A DNA stretch of 63,832 bases, counting the filler. It is 6 parts of 6 records of this genome, joined end to end, with 100 filler letters (N's around TTAATTAATTAA, not from the genome) between each part and the next. Parts side by side here need not be neighbours in the genome. Positions count along the whole stretch, not along the records: positions 1 to 23,860 come from DRR723986_14187; positions 23,961 to 29,336 come from DRR723986_14193; positions 29,437 to 35,951 come from DRR723986_14197; 3 more parts are not named here. One strand, 5' to 3'. Under the pieces are notes generated by a model that saw only the letters and a list, made by a program, of their open reading frames with translations, had not been told where the DNA came from and did not search any database. Of this stretch, positions 19,413 through 29,796 are shown in pieces. Each line of letters begins with the position of its first letter. Position 1 is the first letter of the stretch. A program made the translations under genes and the position numbers.

Positions 19413-19664
19413 GGGGCGATCTCCTAACTTGTTTTGTTGGGTGGGGCGTTGAGGAGAATAGCCGTTTTGCCAGCGTACCTAAAGACCGATCGCGCCGTGG
19501 TGCGTTGCTAGCATTGCCGCCTCGGACCGCCAGTGTCTCGGATTTCCTAAGCGAATAGGTGGCCCCCGAAAGCGGTATTCACGCGGAGTCTTGCAATCCT
19601 GTAAAAGCGAGCTTGGTGGCAGCTCAAAGCTGCGAACTAACGAGACGCACATGAGGGTTTTTCG

Positions 19665-20822
19665 GTGCAAGCATACGATCTGATCATGCTGATCGTTATC
19701 GGCATGGCAACGATTTTTGGAGCGATTAAGGGATTTGCCTGGCAAGTTGCTTCGCTGGCAAGCGTTATCGTGAGCTATATCGTTGCGTACCGATTTCGGT
19801 TCCAGGTTGCCGAAATGATTGATGCCAAACCACCTTGGAATCAATTCTTGGCGATGCTGATTCTGTACGTTGGCACATCCTTCGTCATTTGGGTTGGTTT
19901 CCGGCTGCTCAGCGGAGCCATCGATCGCGTCCGCCTGAAAGAGTTTGATCGGCACCTGGGAGCTGGCTTTGGGTTTGCCAAAGGGCTCTTGTACTGCCTG
20001 CTAATCACTATGTTTGCCATGAGCCTCCTCGGGCCGCGGCAGCAGTCGGCAATTTGCCAGTCCAGATCGGGCTACTACATCAGCGTGGCTCTTGATCGCG
20101 GCGTTGGCATTTTGCCTAAGGAGATCCACGACGTTGTTGAACCGTACCTCTCGGGACTCGATGACAAACTGAACAATCACGAAGGCTTGGAACGCACGCC
20201 GGCTGGCGGCTCACAAAACCCGGCCCAGCCAGCGGCTCCATTTGGAACGCAAGGACAATCGGTTCTTGGTGGAGTTGCCGACGCGGCTCGCCAGCAGATT
20301 GGCGAGTTCGGACAGCAGATCAGCCAACAAATCGGCAGCGAAATTAGTCAGCAAGTTGGGCAGCGACTGGGCATAGATCCCGGGAGCCAATCCGGATCAC
20401 AACTGCCGTCCAGTGGATTGCCGTCAAATGGATTTCCGCAAGCGGGATTTCCAGCAACTGGAAGTCAGCCAACAACGAACCAGGCGTCTGGATTTCCGTC
20501 GACCGGATTTCAGCAACCTGGGGTTCAGCAGTCAGGGTTTCAACAGCCGGGGTTCCAGCAATCTGGCATTCCACAGAATGGAACCAATCAGCCCGGCACG
20601 TTTCCCAGCACGCAGCCAAGCATCCAGCCCGGCACGCGCCCGCCAGTATTCAATTCACAGGCTTCACAGGCTGGGCAGCAGCAGTTCAACCGTCAGCAGC
20701 AATTCAATCAGCCGGCTTTTCCTGGGACATCAGGCCCAGGCTCAGGTAGCGGATTCCAGCAGCCACCTCAACGAATCGCCCAGCCAGGCAGTGGAGTCCC
20801 GGGTACGGGCTTCCAACGGTAG
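19665..20822 (+). CDS. cvpA: CvpA-family membrane protein with long Q/P/G-rich C-terminal extension
   Basis: GAIKGFAWQV...DRHLGAGFGFAKG CvpA core (~170 aa) followed by ~200 aa of low-complexity tail. Confidence 0.85.
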   Translation: MQAYDLIMLIVIGMATIFGAIKGFAWQVASLASVIVSYIVAYRFRFQVAEMIDAKPPWNQFLAMLILYVGTSFVIWVGFRLLSGAIDRVRLKEFDRHLGAGFGFAKGLLYCLLITMFAMSLLGPRQQSAICQSRSGYYISVALDRGVGILPKEIHDVVEPYLSGLDDKLNNHEGLERTPAGGSQNPAQPAAPFGTQGQSVLGGVADAARQQIGEFGQQISQQIGSEISQQVGQRLGIDPGSQSGSQLPSSGLPSNGFPQAGFPATGSQPTTNQASGFPSTGFQQPGVQQSGFQQPGFQQSGIPQNGTNQPGTFPSTQPSIQPGTRPPVFNSQASQAGQQQFNRQQQFNQPAFPGTSGPGSGSGFQQPPQRIAQPGSGVPGTGFQR

Positions 20823-20961
20823 AATTTGCGTATTTCCCAGGGAAAACTGCATACCAAACCGAACATAAGAAACATTATCGGACGTTGCAGTTTGGTCGGT
20901 CCGGGGCTTAGTATGCTGGTCTGACTGCCCTTTCGCCCGTCCGGTCAGCCGTAGCGATAGG

Positions 20962-21948
20962 CTACGCGACGGGTTCGGATTGCGAGTCATCGAGGAACAC
21001 GCCCATGCTTCGGAACTTCTCGTAGCGGCGATCGATCAGCTCGTCGATGGGCTGCTCTTTGAGTTCTCCGAGCGTGTTGAGTAGATAGCTCTTCATGCGA
21101 GCTGCCATCTTGTGGTGATCTCTGTGCGCACCACCAAGCGGCTCTTCAAGAACGTCATCAATGACGCCAAGCTCTTGCAGATGGCTCGACGTGAATCGCA
21201 ACGCGTCGGCCGCCTTGGGCGCATGTTCGTGGCTCTTCCAAAGAATGCCGGCACAGCCCTCGGGGCTGATCACGGAATAATAAGCGTACTGCAGAACTGC
21301 GATGCGATCGCCGACCCCAATACCAAGCGCTCCGCCTGAGCCGCCTTCGCCGATGACGATGCAAATGATCGGCGTTTTGAGCTGGCTCATTTGGAACATG
21401 CTTTCAGCAATCACTTGCGCCTGACCACGCTCCTCGGCTCCAACTCCTGGGTACGCTCCTGGCGTGTCGATGAAGCAAACGACCGGCATGCCGTACTTCT
21501 CAGCCATCCGCATCTTGCTCATCGCCTTGCGATAGCCTTCAGGGTGGGCGCAACCGAAATTGCACTTGGCTCGATCCTTGTACGTCCGCCCTTTCTGGTG
21601 ACCGACAACCATGACCTTGAACTGATCAATCTTGGCGAAACCCGTCAGCATCGCGCGATCGTCACCAAAGTGCTTGTCGCCGTGCAGTTCAACGAACTCG
21701 TCGAAGGCCAAGTTCAAATAGTCGCGTGTGTAGGGGCGCTCTTGATGTCGCGAGACCTGGACGGTTTGCCAAGGCGAGAGGCCGCCGTAGATTTCAGCGG
21801 TCTTCTCATTCCACTGACGCCGCAATGCTATCAATTCATCATCAACGCCTGAGTCCGGCGTGCTAGCTTGGCGAGCCTGGGCGCTGAGCGTTTCGATTCG
21901 CTGTTCGAGTTGCTCAAGGGGTTGTTCGAATTCTAGACCTTGTGCCAT
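20962..21948 (-). CDS. accA: Acetyl-CoA carboxylase carboxyltransferase alpha subunit
   Basis: LEFEQP, FVELHGD, PEGYRKA, IDTPGAYPG, GEGGSGGAL, YSVISPEGCA. Confidence 0.97.
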   Translation of the reverse strand: MAQGLEFEQPLEQLEQRIETLSAQARQASTPDSGVDDELIALRRQWNEKTAEIYGGLSPWQTVQVSRHQERPYTRDYLNLAFDEFVELHGDKHFGDDRAMLTGFAKIDQFKVMVVGHQKGRTYKDRAKCNFGCAHPEGYRKAMSKMRMAEKYGMPVVCFIDTPGAYPGVGAEERGQAQVIAESMFQMSQLKTPIICIVIGEGGSGGALGIGVGDRIAVLQYAYYSVISPEGCAGILWKSHEHAPKAADALRFTSSHLQELGVIDDVLEEPLGGAHRDHHKMAARMKSYLLNTLGELKEQPIDELIDRRYEKFRSMGVFLDDSQSEPVA

Positions 21949-22043
21949 AGCAATACCGACTCTCTTGATACCAGAATGCGTTCCGGAACTTGGTTGAGAT
22001 GGGGTGACTGCAGCGACTGGCAAGAGTTTGCTGGTCAGGCAGT

Positions 22044-22961
22044 CTAGTCTTGCGATTGCTGCGGCATAACGCGGCCCGCAGTTGGAAAATCGTCAAAGAC
22101 GCTGTGTTCCGGAATCCTTGGTTGTTTCTTAAATATTCGAATGCTTCGCAGGATCTTGATCAGCTCCCAGACGGAAGCTGGCCGATCGTCAGGTTTTTTG
22201 GCCATTGCCGATCGTATCAAATCCGCAAAATCTTGCGTCACATTGTCGTTTGTAGTCAGCGGCGAGGGAATAGGGGCTGAGATGTGTTTATTCAACAAAT
22301 CATTGGGACTTTCGCCCGTAAAGGGGAGTTTTCCGGTCACCAACTCAAAGAGAACGCATCCAAAGCTGTAGATATCAGCCCGCGGATCGAGCCTTTGCCC
22401 GCGAATCTGCTCCGGCGACATGTAGCTTCGCGTCCCTTGGATGTGCTTGCTCTTGCCGCCGAAGAACTTGCTAATGCCCTTGGGGATCTTCCTCGAAATC
22501 GTGAAGTCAATGAGTTTTACTTCGCCATCGCGACTGACGAGAAAGTTATCCGGCTTGATATCGCAGTGCACCCATCCCTGGCTGTGCAGGTAGTAGAGAC
22601 CTTCGGCAGACTGCTGAATAATTTTGTCCAGCATGAACGCTAGCGACTCGGGCCCTCGCCGCAGCGCCTGCTTCATGTTCAATTCGCTGAATAGCTCAAG
22701 CACAAGAAATGGAGCTGGCCCACTGGTCACGAAGTCGTAAATCTTGATCACGTTTGGGTGATTCATCGATTTGGCAATTTCGTGCTCGATCCGCAGATTC
22801 GCCAGCTCTTCTTTGTTCTTCCGGAAGTCTTCACGAAGTACTTTTAGTGCGTAACGATCGCCGGTATCGCTCTCGATCACTTCCCAAACCTGGCAGACGC
22901 TACCCATTCGAATGAGGCGAGCGAGGCGATACGGTCCAAGGAAATCGCGTACTTTGGTCAT
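22044..22961 (-). CDS. Hanks-type Ser/Thr protein kinase, soluble kinase domain only
   Basis: YALK, HPNVIK, HCDIKPDN, DFT in place of DFG, GTRSYMSPEQ, DIYSFG. Confidence 0.92.
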   Translation of the reverse strand: MTKVRDFLGPYRLARLIRMGSVCQVWEVIESDTGDRYALKVLREDFRKNKEELANLRIEHEIAKSMNHPNVIKIYDFVTSGPAPFLVLELFSELNMKQALRRGPESLAFMLDKIIQQSAEGLYYLHSQGWVHCDIKPDNFLVSRDGEVKLIDFTISRKIPKGISKFFGGKSKHIQGTRSYMSPEQIRGQRLDPRADIYSFGCVLFELVTGKLPFTGESPNDLLNKHISAPIPSPLTTNDNVTQDFADLIRSAMAKKPDDRPASVWELIKILRSIRIFKKQPRIPEHSVFDDFPTAGRVMPQQSQD

Positions 22962-23135
22962 GGCTATGCAATCGTATGTGTGTCAGCTACGCAAAAAGGG
23001 CCGCCCAGCAACCGGCTCACTCCCCTGCTCTATCGTCGATCATGCCGCCTCTTTATGAGGGGCATTCGCCGCCAATAGTCGATCTCTATCATAATCGAAG
23101 ACGGAGGAAATGGGCGTGCGCCACCAGCGGCTGGC

Positions 23136-23860
23136 TTATCGTGCAAGGACTTGTAGGTAAACGTCCCGAATCATCCGTGTCATTTCTTGATGTCGAAATT
23201 GGTCGGTGAATCGCCTCGCGCCCTCGCCGCCAAGCTGCTCGCGCAGTTGCTGGCTAGCCGCCAAAGTGACTATGGCTTCGGTCAGCTCGTCGACAGACTT
23301 CGGTGGTAGCAAGAAACCGGTTTGACCCGTAATCGCAACTTCGCGAGCCCCGTCCACATCGTAGCTAACGACAGGTTTACCCGCGATTAAGGCCTGCGGC
23401 AGAGTCCGAGCGAGTCCTTCGCGCAGTGAGGTATGGACCAGGCAATCCATGCTTCCAAGGTAGAACGGAATCTTCTCCGGCGGGACCAAGCCAACGAACT
23501 TGAAATGGTCTTGGATCCCCAGTTCCGCGATGCGATCTTTGATCTTGTCTTTCAGGATTCCATCACCGACGAGCAAGAACTTGCAGTTCGCATTCTGCTT
23601 GATTGCATCGGCGGCAGCTTCGACGAGATACTCGTGCCCTTTGAGATGAAACAGACGAGCGATCTTCCCGAAGACAATATCGTTGTCGCTGAACCCCAGT
23701 TCCAGCCTAGCGGCGTCGCGAAGCTTGTTGGCTTGTTGAAAAGGTTCCACCTCCATACCGGAATAAATCGTCTGGAACTTTTCACGCGGCGCAACACCAC
23801 CCTTCACCATCAATTCAGTCATCGCATCAGCAACGCAGATCATCTGGTGGCATCGGCGGG
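23136..23860 (-). CDS. GT4 glycosyltransferase, 5'-truncated at contig end
   Basis: ARLFHLKG, EGLARTLPQA (EX7E variant), GFLLPP; frame open to the spacer. Confidence 0.88.
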
Positions 23861-23960
23861 NNNNNNNNNNNNNNNNNNNNNNNNNNNNNNNNNNNNNNNN
23901 NNNNTTAATTAATTAANNNNNNNNNNNNNNNNNNNNNNNNNNNNNNNNNNNNNNNNNNNN
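23861..23960. other. Artificial contig spacer (N44-TTAATTAATTAA-N44)
   Basis: Identical 100-nt structure at all five junctions; core gives stops in all six frames. Confidence 0.99.
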
Positions 23961-24340
23961 TCGACCGGTTTTGTCAAAAAATCATCGGCTCCTGAATCGA
24001 GCCCCTTCGCCACCTCGGCCTTTTCGCTTTTGGAGGTCAGCAGGATAAAATAGGTGTAGCCATCGTTTTCCAGATCGCGGAACACCTCGCAAAATTCCAG
24101 ACCGGACATGCCCGGCATCATCCAATCGCTTAGTATCAGATCTGGCATGCGTTCACGGCAGGCTGTCAATGCCTCTTCGCCCGATGCGGCCTCAATCACA
24201 TCATAACCCCAGCGCGCCAGAGACGCCGTCAGGATACGCCGCTGCAAACGGCTGTCATCAACAACCAACACCACCCTTTCGGCGGCCTCATGTGCATCCA
24301 ACCGGCCTTGACCGATAGACGCCGAAATACCCTGAACCAT
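23961..24340 (-). CDS. Response-regulator receiver domain, probably N-terminus of an RbaY-like REC-PP2C phosphatase (3'-truncated)
   Basis: VLVVDD, LILSDWMMPGMSG, LLTS, GADDFLTKP; divergent from an Hpt gene, as known in Rhodobacter. Confidence 0.75.
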
Positions 24341-24390
24341 AGGCCCCCAGCACAGATGATGGCGAATGGCGTTTGGTATGGGCCGGGGTC

Positions 24391-24405
24391 TTAAGACCGA
24401 GTGAA
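24391..24405. promoter_or_regulatory. Putative CtrA box
   Basis: TTAA-GACCGAG-TGAA versus consensus TTAA-N7-TTAA, in the divergent REC/Hpt intergenic region. Confidence 0.45.
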
Positions 24406-24490
24406 AGCTAAAATCCAACGCAATCTGCGTAAGGAAAGCAGCAATTTATTCAGGGTTCCCGCGCACCATCGGCCTCAAAAGGAATACAGG

Positions 24491-24835
24491 ATGCTGGATT
24501 GGAACCGCATTTCAAACTTACGAGACGAGGTTGGGCCAGATGACTTTGGCGAAGTAGTCGATCTGTTTCTCGAAGAGGCCGACAGCGTCACCCTGACCCT
24601 TGCTGCGCAACCCAGTGATCAAAACCTTGAAGAGGCGTTGCATTTTCTCAAGGGCAGCGCGCTAACTTTGGGGTTTCGGGATCTTTCCGACCTTTGCCAG
24701 ATCAGTGAAACCCTTGCATCAAAGGGCCGCTCGGACGAGATTGATCTCAAACCGATCCTGACCTCCTATGAGGTCTCTAAATCGCGGTTTCTGTCCGATC
24801 TGCCCGGCGCTTTTGACAGTCAGACCAGCTTGTAA
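24491..24835 (+). CDS. Stand-alone Hpt domain protein
   Basis: MLDWNRISNLRDEVG...LHFLKGSA phosphoacceptor His motif. Confidence 0.88.
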   Translation: MLDWNRISNLRDEVGPDDFGEVVDLFLEEADSVTLTLAAQPSDQNLEEALHFLKGSALTLGFRDLSDLCQISETLASKGRSDEIDLKPILTSYEVSKSRFLSDLPGAFDSQTSL

Positions 24836-25632
24836 AAGGATTCAACGCTGATTTCGCCAAAGGTGTCCTGCGCCTTGGCCCGCAACATCTGCATCCCCGT
24901 GATCCAGCGGTCATGATCCATCGCCCGGTGGCGCGTATACTCCGCCACATCGGGGTGCGACAGGATCAAGAACCGATCCGCCTCAACCCCGTCAACAACT
25001 GCCGCCGCGACATCGTCCGCTGTCAAAAGATTGGCCTGCGCGGCCGCATCCTCATCAGATAAGCCCAGCAATGGCGTTGCCACATATTGCGGGCACACAA
25101 CGGAGGCCTTGATGCCATCTGCCCCATGGGTGATCGCAAGGGACTCAGCAAAACTGACAGCCGCATGTTTGGTCGCGGAATAGGCCGCGTCGCCAATCTG
25201 GTTCAGCAATCCTGCGGCGGACGCCACATTGACCAAATGCCCCGATTTTCGCGCAATCATATCCGGCAGCAAGGCCCGGCAGGCATAAACATGCGCCATC
25301 ACATGCACCTGCCAGTTCAACATCCAATCCTCATCGGATTGCGAGGCGGCATGGCTTGGATCACCCCGCCCAAGCCCTGCATTAGAGACAAATATATCAA
25401 CCGGACCATGTGCAGCGCTGGCCTTGGCAATCAGATCTTTGATCGCCTGTTCATCCCGCACATCACAGGGCACTGCGATGCCGCCGATCTCCTGCGCCAC
25501 CGCCTCTGCCTTAGCGCGGTCAATATCTGAAACCGTGACGCGCGCGCCCTTTGCCGCTGCCAAACGGGCCAAAGCCGCGCCGATGCCGCTGCCTGCTCCG
25601 GTGATGACAACAGATGCATTTTCAAATTTCAT
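24820..25632 (-). CDS. Short-chain dehydrogenase/reductase
   Basis: TGAGSGIG, NAG, ASAAG, YSATK. Confidence 0.92.
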   Translation of the reverse strand: MKFENASVVITGAGSGIGAALARLAAAKGARVTVSDIDRAKAEAVAQEIGGIAVPCDVRDEQAIKDLIAKASAAHGPVDIFVSNAGLGRGDPSHAASQSDEDWMLNWQVHVMAHVYACRALLPDMIARKSGHLVNVASAAGLLNQIGDAAYSATKHAAVSFAESLAITHGADGIKASVVCPQYVATPLLGLSDEDAAAQANLLTADDVAAAVVDGVEADRFLILSHPDVAEYTRHRAMDHDRWITGMQMLRAKAQDTFGEISVESFYKLV

Positions 25633-25641
25633 ATCGGCCCC

Positions 25642-26874
25642 TCAGATCACAAACTGCGCAAGCGTCTCATCATTGGTGATATCAGTATAGGTAAAGCCGC
25701 CCGCATCGATCCGGCCAAACATCGCCGGAAAATTCTGCGGCGCGTCTGTTTCGATCCCGATCAGGACAGAGCCAAAGTTGCGGGCGGATTTCTTCATATA
25801 CTCAAATCGCGTGATGTTGTCATGCGGGCCCAGTGTATCGAGAAAATCACGCAATGCGCCGGGACGTTGCGGCAATCTGAGAATAAAATACTTCTTGAGA
25901 CCGGCATACCTCTGCGCCCGCTCTTTCACTTCTGGCAAACGTTCAAAATCAAAATTGCCGCCAGAGGTCACGCAAACCACGGTTTTGCCTTTGATCTGTT
26001 CGGCCACCTCGCCCAGCGCCTCGATGGACATCGCGCCAGCCGGCTCCAGAACAATCCCCTCAACATTCAACATCTCAACGATGGTGTTGCAGATCCTGTC
26101 TTCGTCCAGATCCATCACATCATCCGGTGAAATCCCCTTTAGCCGCGCAAAGGTCCGCACTCCGATCTTGGCCACGGCCGCACCATCCACAAAAGAATTG
26201 ATCGGCGACACATCGACAGGTGCATCCTCCTCCAACGCAGCGGCAAGGCTCTTGGCGCCAGACGGCTCAACAAAAGTATAGCGCACGGTGTCGTCAAAAT
26301 ACCCGCGCACCCCGGCAGACAGGCCCCCGCCACCTACGGGCAAGATCACATGGTCCGGCAGGCCGCCCAATTGCTGCTCAATCTCAACCGCAACGGAGGC
26401 TTGACCTTCGATGACATCCTCATCGTCAAAGGGGGAGAGGAAATGCGCCCCTTGTGCAGCGCAAAAATCCTGCGCCGCCTTGAGGGATTCGTCAAAATAA
26501 TCCCCGATCAACCGCACCTCGACGTGATCACCGCCAAACATGCGGGTTTTCAGGATCTTCTGTTCGGGCGTGGTGACAGGCATGAAGACCACACCATGCA
26601 CCTTGAAATGCTTACACATAAAGGCGACGCCTTGGGCGTGATTGCCCGCAGAGGCACAAACAAACATTGTCTGATCCGGGATCACCTTGCGCATCGCGTT
26701 GAACGCCCCGCGCAACTTGTAAGACCGCACCGGGCTGAGATCCTCGCGCTTGAGCCAGATGTCGGCACCAAAACGTTCCGACAGCATTTCGTTGCGCATC
26801 AGCGGCGTTTCGGGGAACACCTGCCGCATCTTGGCTGCTGCCAATGTCGCCATCGCCTGAAAATTCACCGTCAT
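25642..26874 (-). CDS. ilvA: Threonine ammonia-lyase, biosynthetic, single regulatory domain
   Basis: KREDLSPVRSYKLRGA, SAGNHAQG, VGGGGL, SGGNFD, LPQRPGAL ACT-like domain. Confidence 0.95.
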   Translation of the reverse strand: MTVNFQAMATLAAAKMRQVFPETPLMRNEMLSERFGADIWLKREDLSPVRSYKLRGAFNAMRKVIPDQTMFVCASAGNHAQGVAFMCKHFKVHGVVFMPVTTPEQKILKTRMFGGDHVEVRLIGDYFDESLKAAQDFCAAQGAHFLSPFDDEDVIEGQASVAVEIEQQLGGLPDHVILPVGGGGLSAGVRGYFDDTVRYTFVEPSGAKSLAAALEEDAPVDVSPINSFVDGAAVAKIGVRTFARLKGISPDDVMDLDEDRICNTIVEMLNVEGIVLEPAGAMSIEALGEVAEQIKGKTVVCVTSGGNFDFERLPEVKERAQRYAGLKKYFILRLPQRPGALRDFLDTLGPHDNITRFEYMKKSARNFGSVLIGIETDAPQNFPAMFGRIDAGGFTYTDITNDETLAQFVI

Positions 26875-26997
26875 AATACCGCCTCCGCCTGTGTTTTCTG
26901 TCGATAGGGCGGCAATACGCCCCGGTCAACGGCCCCTTATCTTGCCCGTGCCCGGAAAAAACGCTAGGCCGCGAGACGAACTGGAAAGGGAATCTTC

Positions 26998-28266
26998 ATG
27001 TCCGCGCCTAAAAAAGTTGTGCTCGCCTACTCCGGCGGGCTTGATACCTCGATCATCCTCAAGTGGCTGCAAACCGAATATGGCTGTGAGGTTGTCACCT
27101 TCACCGCCGATCTGGGTCAGGGAGAGGAGCTGGAGCCAGCCCGCGCCAAGGCTGAAATGATGGGCGCATCGGAGATTTTCATCGAAGATGTCCGCGAAGA
27201 ATTTGTGCGCGATTTTGTGTTTCCGATGTTCCGCGCCAACGCGGTTTATGAAGGGCTGTATCTGCTTGGCACCTCCATCGCCCGCCCGTTGATTTCCAAA
27301 CGTCTGGTTGAGATCGCCGAAGCAACCGGCGCAGATGCCGTGGCCCACGGTGCGACGGGCAAAGGCAACGATCAGGTGCGCTTTGAACTGGCCGCCTATG
27401 CGCTGAACCCAGAGATTAAGGTGATCGCGCCATGGCGTGACTGGGATCTGACCAGCCGGACCAAGCTGATCGACTTTGCTGAAAAGAACCAGATTCCAAT
27501 CGCCAAAGACAAACGCGGCGAAGCGCCCTTCAGTGTTGATGCCAACCTGCTGCACACCTCCTCCGAAGGGAAGGTGCTTGAAGATCCTGCCGTCGATGCG
27601 CCCGATTATGTCTATCAGCGCACCGTGAACCCCGAAGATGCCCCGGACACACCGGAATATATCGAAGTGGGCTTTGAAAAAGGTGATGCGGTTTCGATCA
27701 ACGGTGAGGCCCTGTCACCCGCCGAACTTCTGACCAAGCTGAACGAGCTGGGCGGCAAACACGGCTGTGGCCGTTTGGATCTGGTTGAGGGCCGCTTTGT
27801 CGGAATGAAATCACGCGGCATCTATGAAACGCCCGGCGGCACACTGCTGCTTGAGGCACATCGCGGCATCGAATCGATCACCCTTGATCGCGGCGCGGCA
27901 CACCTCAAGGATGAGTTGATGCCACGCTATGCTGAATTGATCTACAACGGCTTCTGGTTCAGCCCGGAGCGTGAGATGCTGCAAGCCGCCATCGACAAGA
28001 GCCAGGAACATGTGTCCGGCATCGTGCGTCTGAAGCTGTACAAAGGGTCCGTGCGCACTGTTGGTCGCTGGTCCGACGAAAGCCTCTATTCCGAACAGCA
28101 CGTGACCTTCGAAGATGACCGCGGGGCTTATGACCAAAAAGATGCCGAAGGGTTTATCCGCATCAACGCCCTGCGTCTGCGTCTGCTCGCCGCGCGTGAT
28201 CAGCGGCGCGGAGAGGCCACCGGTAAAGATGTTGTGCCTGACCAAGGTCTGCCTCGGTTCGATTGA
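26998..28266 (+). CDS. argG: Argininosuccinate synthase (Rhodobacteraceae contig)
   Basis: [41 protein letters not shown]. Confidence 0.97.
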   Translation: MSAPKKVVLAYSGGLDTSIILKWLQTEYGCEVVTFTADLGQGEELEPARAKAEMMGASEIFIEDVREEFVRDFVFPMFRANAVYEGLYLLGTSIARPLISKRLVEIAEATGADAVAHGATGKGNDQVRFELAAYALNPEIKVIAPWRDWDLTSRTKLIDFAEKNQIPIAKDKRGEAPFSVDANLLHTSSEGKVLEDPAVDAPDYVYQRTVNPEDAPDTPEYIEVGFEKGDAVSINGEALSPAELLTKLNELGGKHGCGRLDLVEGRFVGMKSRGIYETPGGTLLLEAHRGIESITLDRGAAHLKDELMPRYAELIYNGFWFSPEREMLQAAIDKSQEHVSGIVRLKLYKGSVRTVGRWSDESLYSEQHVTFEDDRGAYDQKDAEGFIRINALRLRLLAARDQRRGEATGKDVVPDQGLPRFD

Positions 28267-28362
28267 TCGGGTCAGAATAGAAGACGCCCGAACCGGCTTC
28301 GGTTCGGGCGCCATACCCCCGGCCTTCCCAAATCCGCCTTGCGGGACGGCGAAATTCAGAGC

Positions 28363-29055
28363 TTAGGTCATCCGCCGACCCCACAGCCGCTGATAATGCG
28401 GCAAAGCTTGATCCAACAACGGTTGCAGATCCTCGGAAAGCTCCGGCAAGGCTCCCTCCACCCCCGCAAATCCGCTGCTTTGATGCACGGCGCCATACCA
28501 ATGCGACGCCCAAACCCCGTCCTCGGCACGTGGCCCAGCAGGCCAGTTCAACATCGCCGGATCGAACGGCAGATCAATCGCCGCACACAGCGCACGCAAC
28601 ATCGCATCAGGGTCGGCGCGGATATCCGTGCTGTCGATCACCAAACCGCCGATGCGGTCAAACAGCTGCGTTTGCTGCACATAACCAATGTCATCAAGTG
28701 TCGGCGCTTCCCGCTTGGCCGCGTAACTGGCGATCACCCGCGCGGGGTGGCGGATCAGGTGAATATTGACACATGTTTCGGCCCAATCCATCGGAAACCC
28801 GTCAATCATGTGATGCGGCATATGTTTCATGTACAAATGTGGGGTGCCGCCTTCGCAGCAGTTTTGCGCCACCTTGTTCGGGTCGTTCTCATGGGCGTCC
28901 AGAATATCCTGCCGCATCGGGTGATTGATACCGGTTTGCAGCAGATAGGGCGCATAGAAAGGCTCATCCATCACTGCAAAATCGCGCCGTGCGCCGAAAC
29001 TGTACATCATCGCCGTGCTTAGATTGCGTGGCCCCGACCACATCGCAATTCGCAT
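28363..29055 (-). CDS. Sulfotransferase-like P-loop protein (family also found fused to BCAT-like aminotransferases)
   Basis: MRIAMWSGPRNLSTAMMYSF, DEPFY, KHMPHH, LIRHP..VIASY, DGVWA.HWY. Confidence 0.75.
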   Translation of the reverse strand: MRIAMWSGPRNLSTAMMYSFGARRDFAVMDEPFYAPYLLQTGINHPMRQDILDAHENDPNKVAQNCCEGGTPHLYMKHMPHHMIDGFPMDWAETCVNIHLIRHPARVIASYAAKREAPTLDDIGYVQQTQLFDRIGGLVIDSTDIRADPDAMLRALCAAIDLPFDPAMLNWPAGPRAEDGVWASHWYGAVHQSSGFAGVEGALPELSEDLQPLLDQALPHYQRLWGRRMT

Positions 29056-29220
29056 CTGTTCTCTCACTCTTTTTTCGCAGCCAATCATCGGCGACGCTAG
29101 AAATGTTACGGGCCGCTGCCAAGCGGTAAAATGCCTTCACCACCGCGTGACTTGGCGGGTGTCGCCCTTGCGCTCGCTCAGGCAGAACGGCAGCTTGATC
29201 GCAACCAAGAGGAGCAGACA

Positions 29221-29336
29221 ATGAATAAACTCTCCAACTTCAAGGCCTTTGCCCTTGCCGCGTTGATCGTGGTTGGTATTTGCGCCCGCGCCCCCCATGC
29301 CCATGCAGCAGGCACCGAAACACTGGTTGTGGCGGG
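29221..29336 (+). CDS. msrA: Probable periplasmic methionine sulfoxide reductase MsrA, 5' fragment
   Basis: GAGGAG SD, signal peptide ending AHA-A, then TETLVVAG, which precedes GCFWC in roseobacter MsrA. The motif itself is cut off by the contig end. Confidence 0.55.
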
Positions 29337-29436
29337 NNNNNNNNNNNNNNNNNNNNNNNNNNNNNNNNNNNNNNNNNNNNTTAATTAATTAANNNNNNNN
29401 NNNNNNNNNNNNNNNNNNNNNNNNNNNNNNNNNNNN
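29337..29436. other. Artificial contig spacer
   Basis: N44-TTAATTAATTAA-N44. Confidence 0.99.
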
Positions 29437-29791
29437 TCAGCTGCATCGCAAAATCTTTGAACGCCAGCGTCGGACCGTGGAACAGCTCCAGCAGGAAATG
29501 CCCCTCGTTCAGCTGCACCAATGGCGCACGCGCCGCATGGCCAAACCCGGCATAGGCCCGATCAATAATGCCGCGAAGCTCAGCGTCGTCAAAGCTGTCG
29601 CCCACAAACGGCTTCATCACCCGAAACGCGATTTCTTCATAAGTCTGGCCCGCCATCGCGGCGATTTCATCGGCGCTGAACGTTGGGATCTCGGCAGGCA
29701 CATACAGCCCCCCATCCCGTGCCAAACCAGTCAACATGGCCTCGTCAAATGTCAGCTCGGGCGCTTGCCCACGGGTCGAGATATATTTCAT
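29437..29791 (-). CDS. thrC: Threonine synthase, 5' fragment
   Basis: MKYISTRG, GLARDGGLYVP, LELFHGPTLAFKDFAMQL. Confidence 0.95.
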
Positions 29792-29796
29792 CGCTC

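Noticed and set aside
23905..23916. TTAATTAATTAA as a biological repeat or CtrA site; ORFs running into X residues
   Set aside because: Synthetic spacer.
13738..28266. Two argG genes as duplication or HGT
   Set aside because: They lie on different contigs from different organisms.
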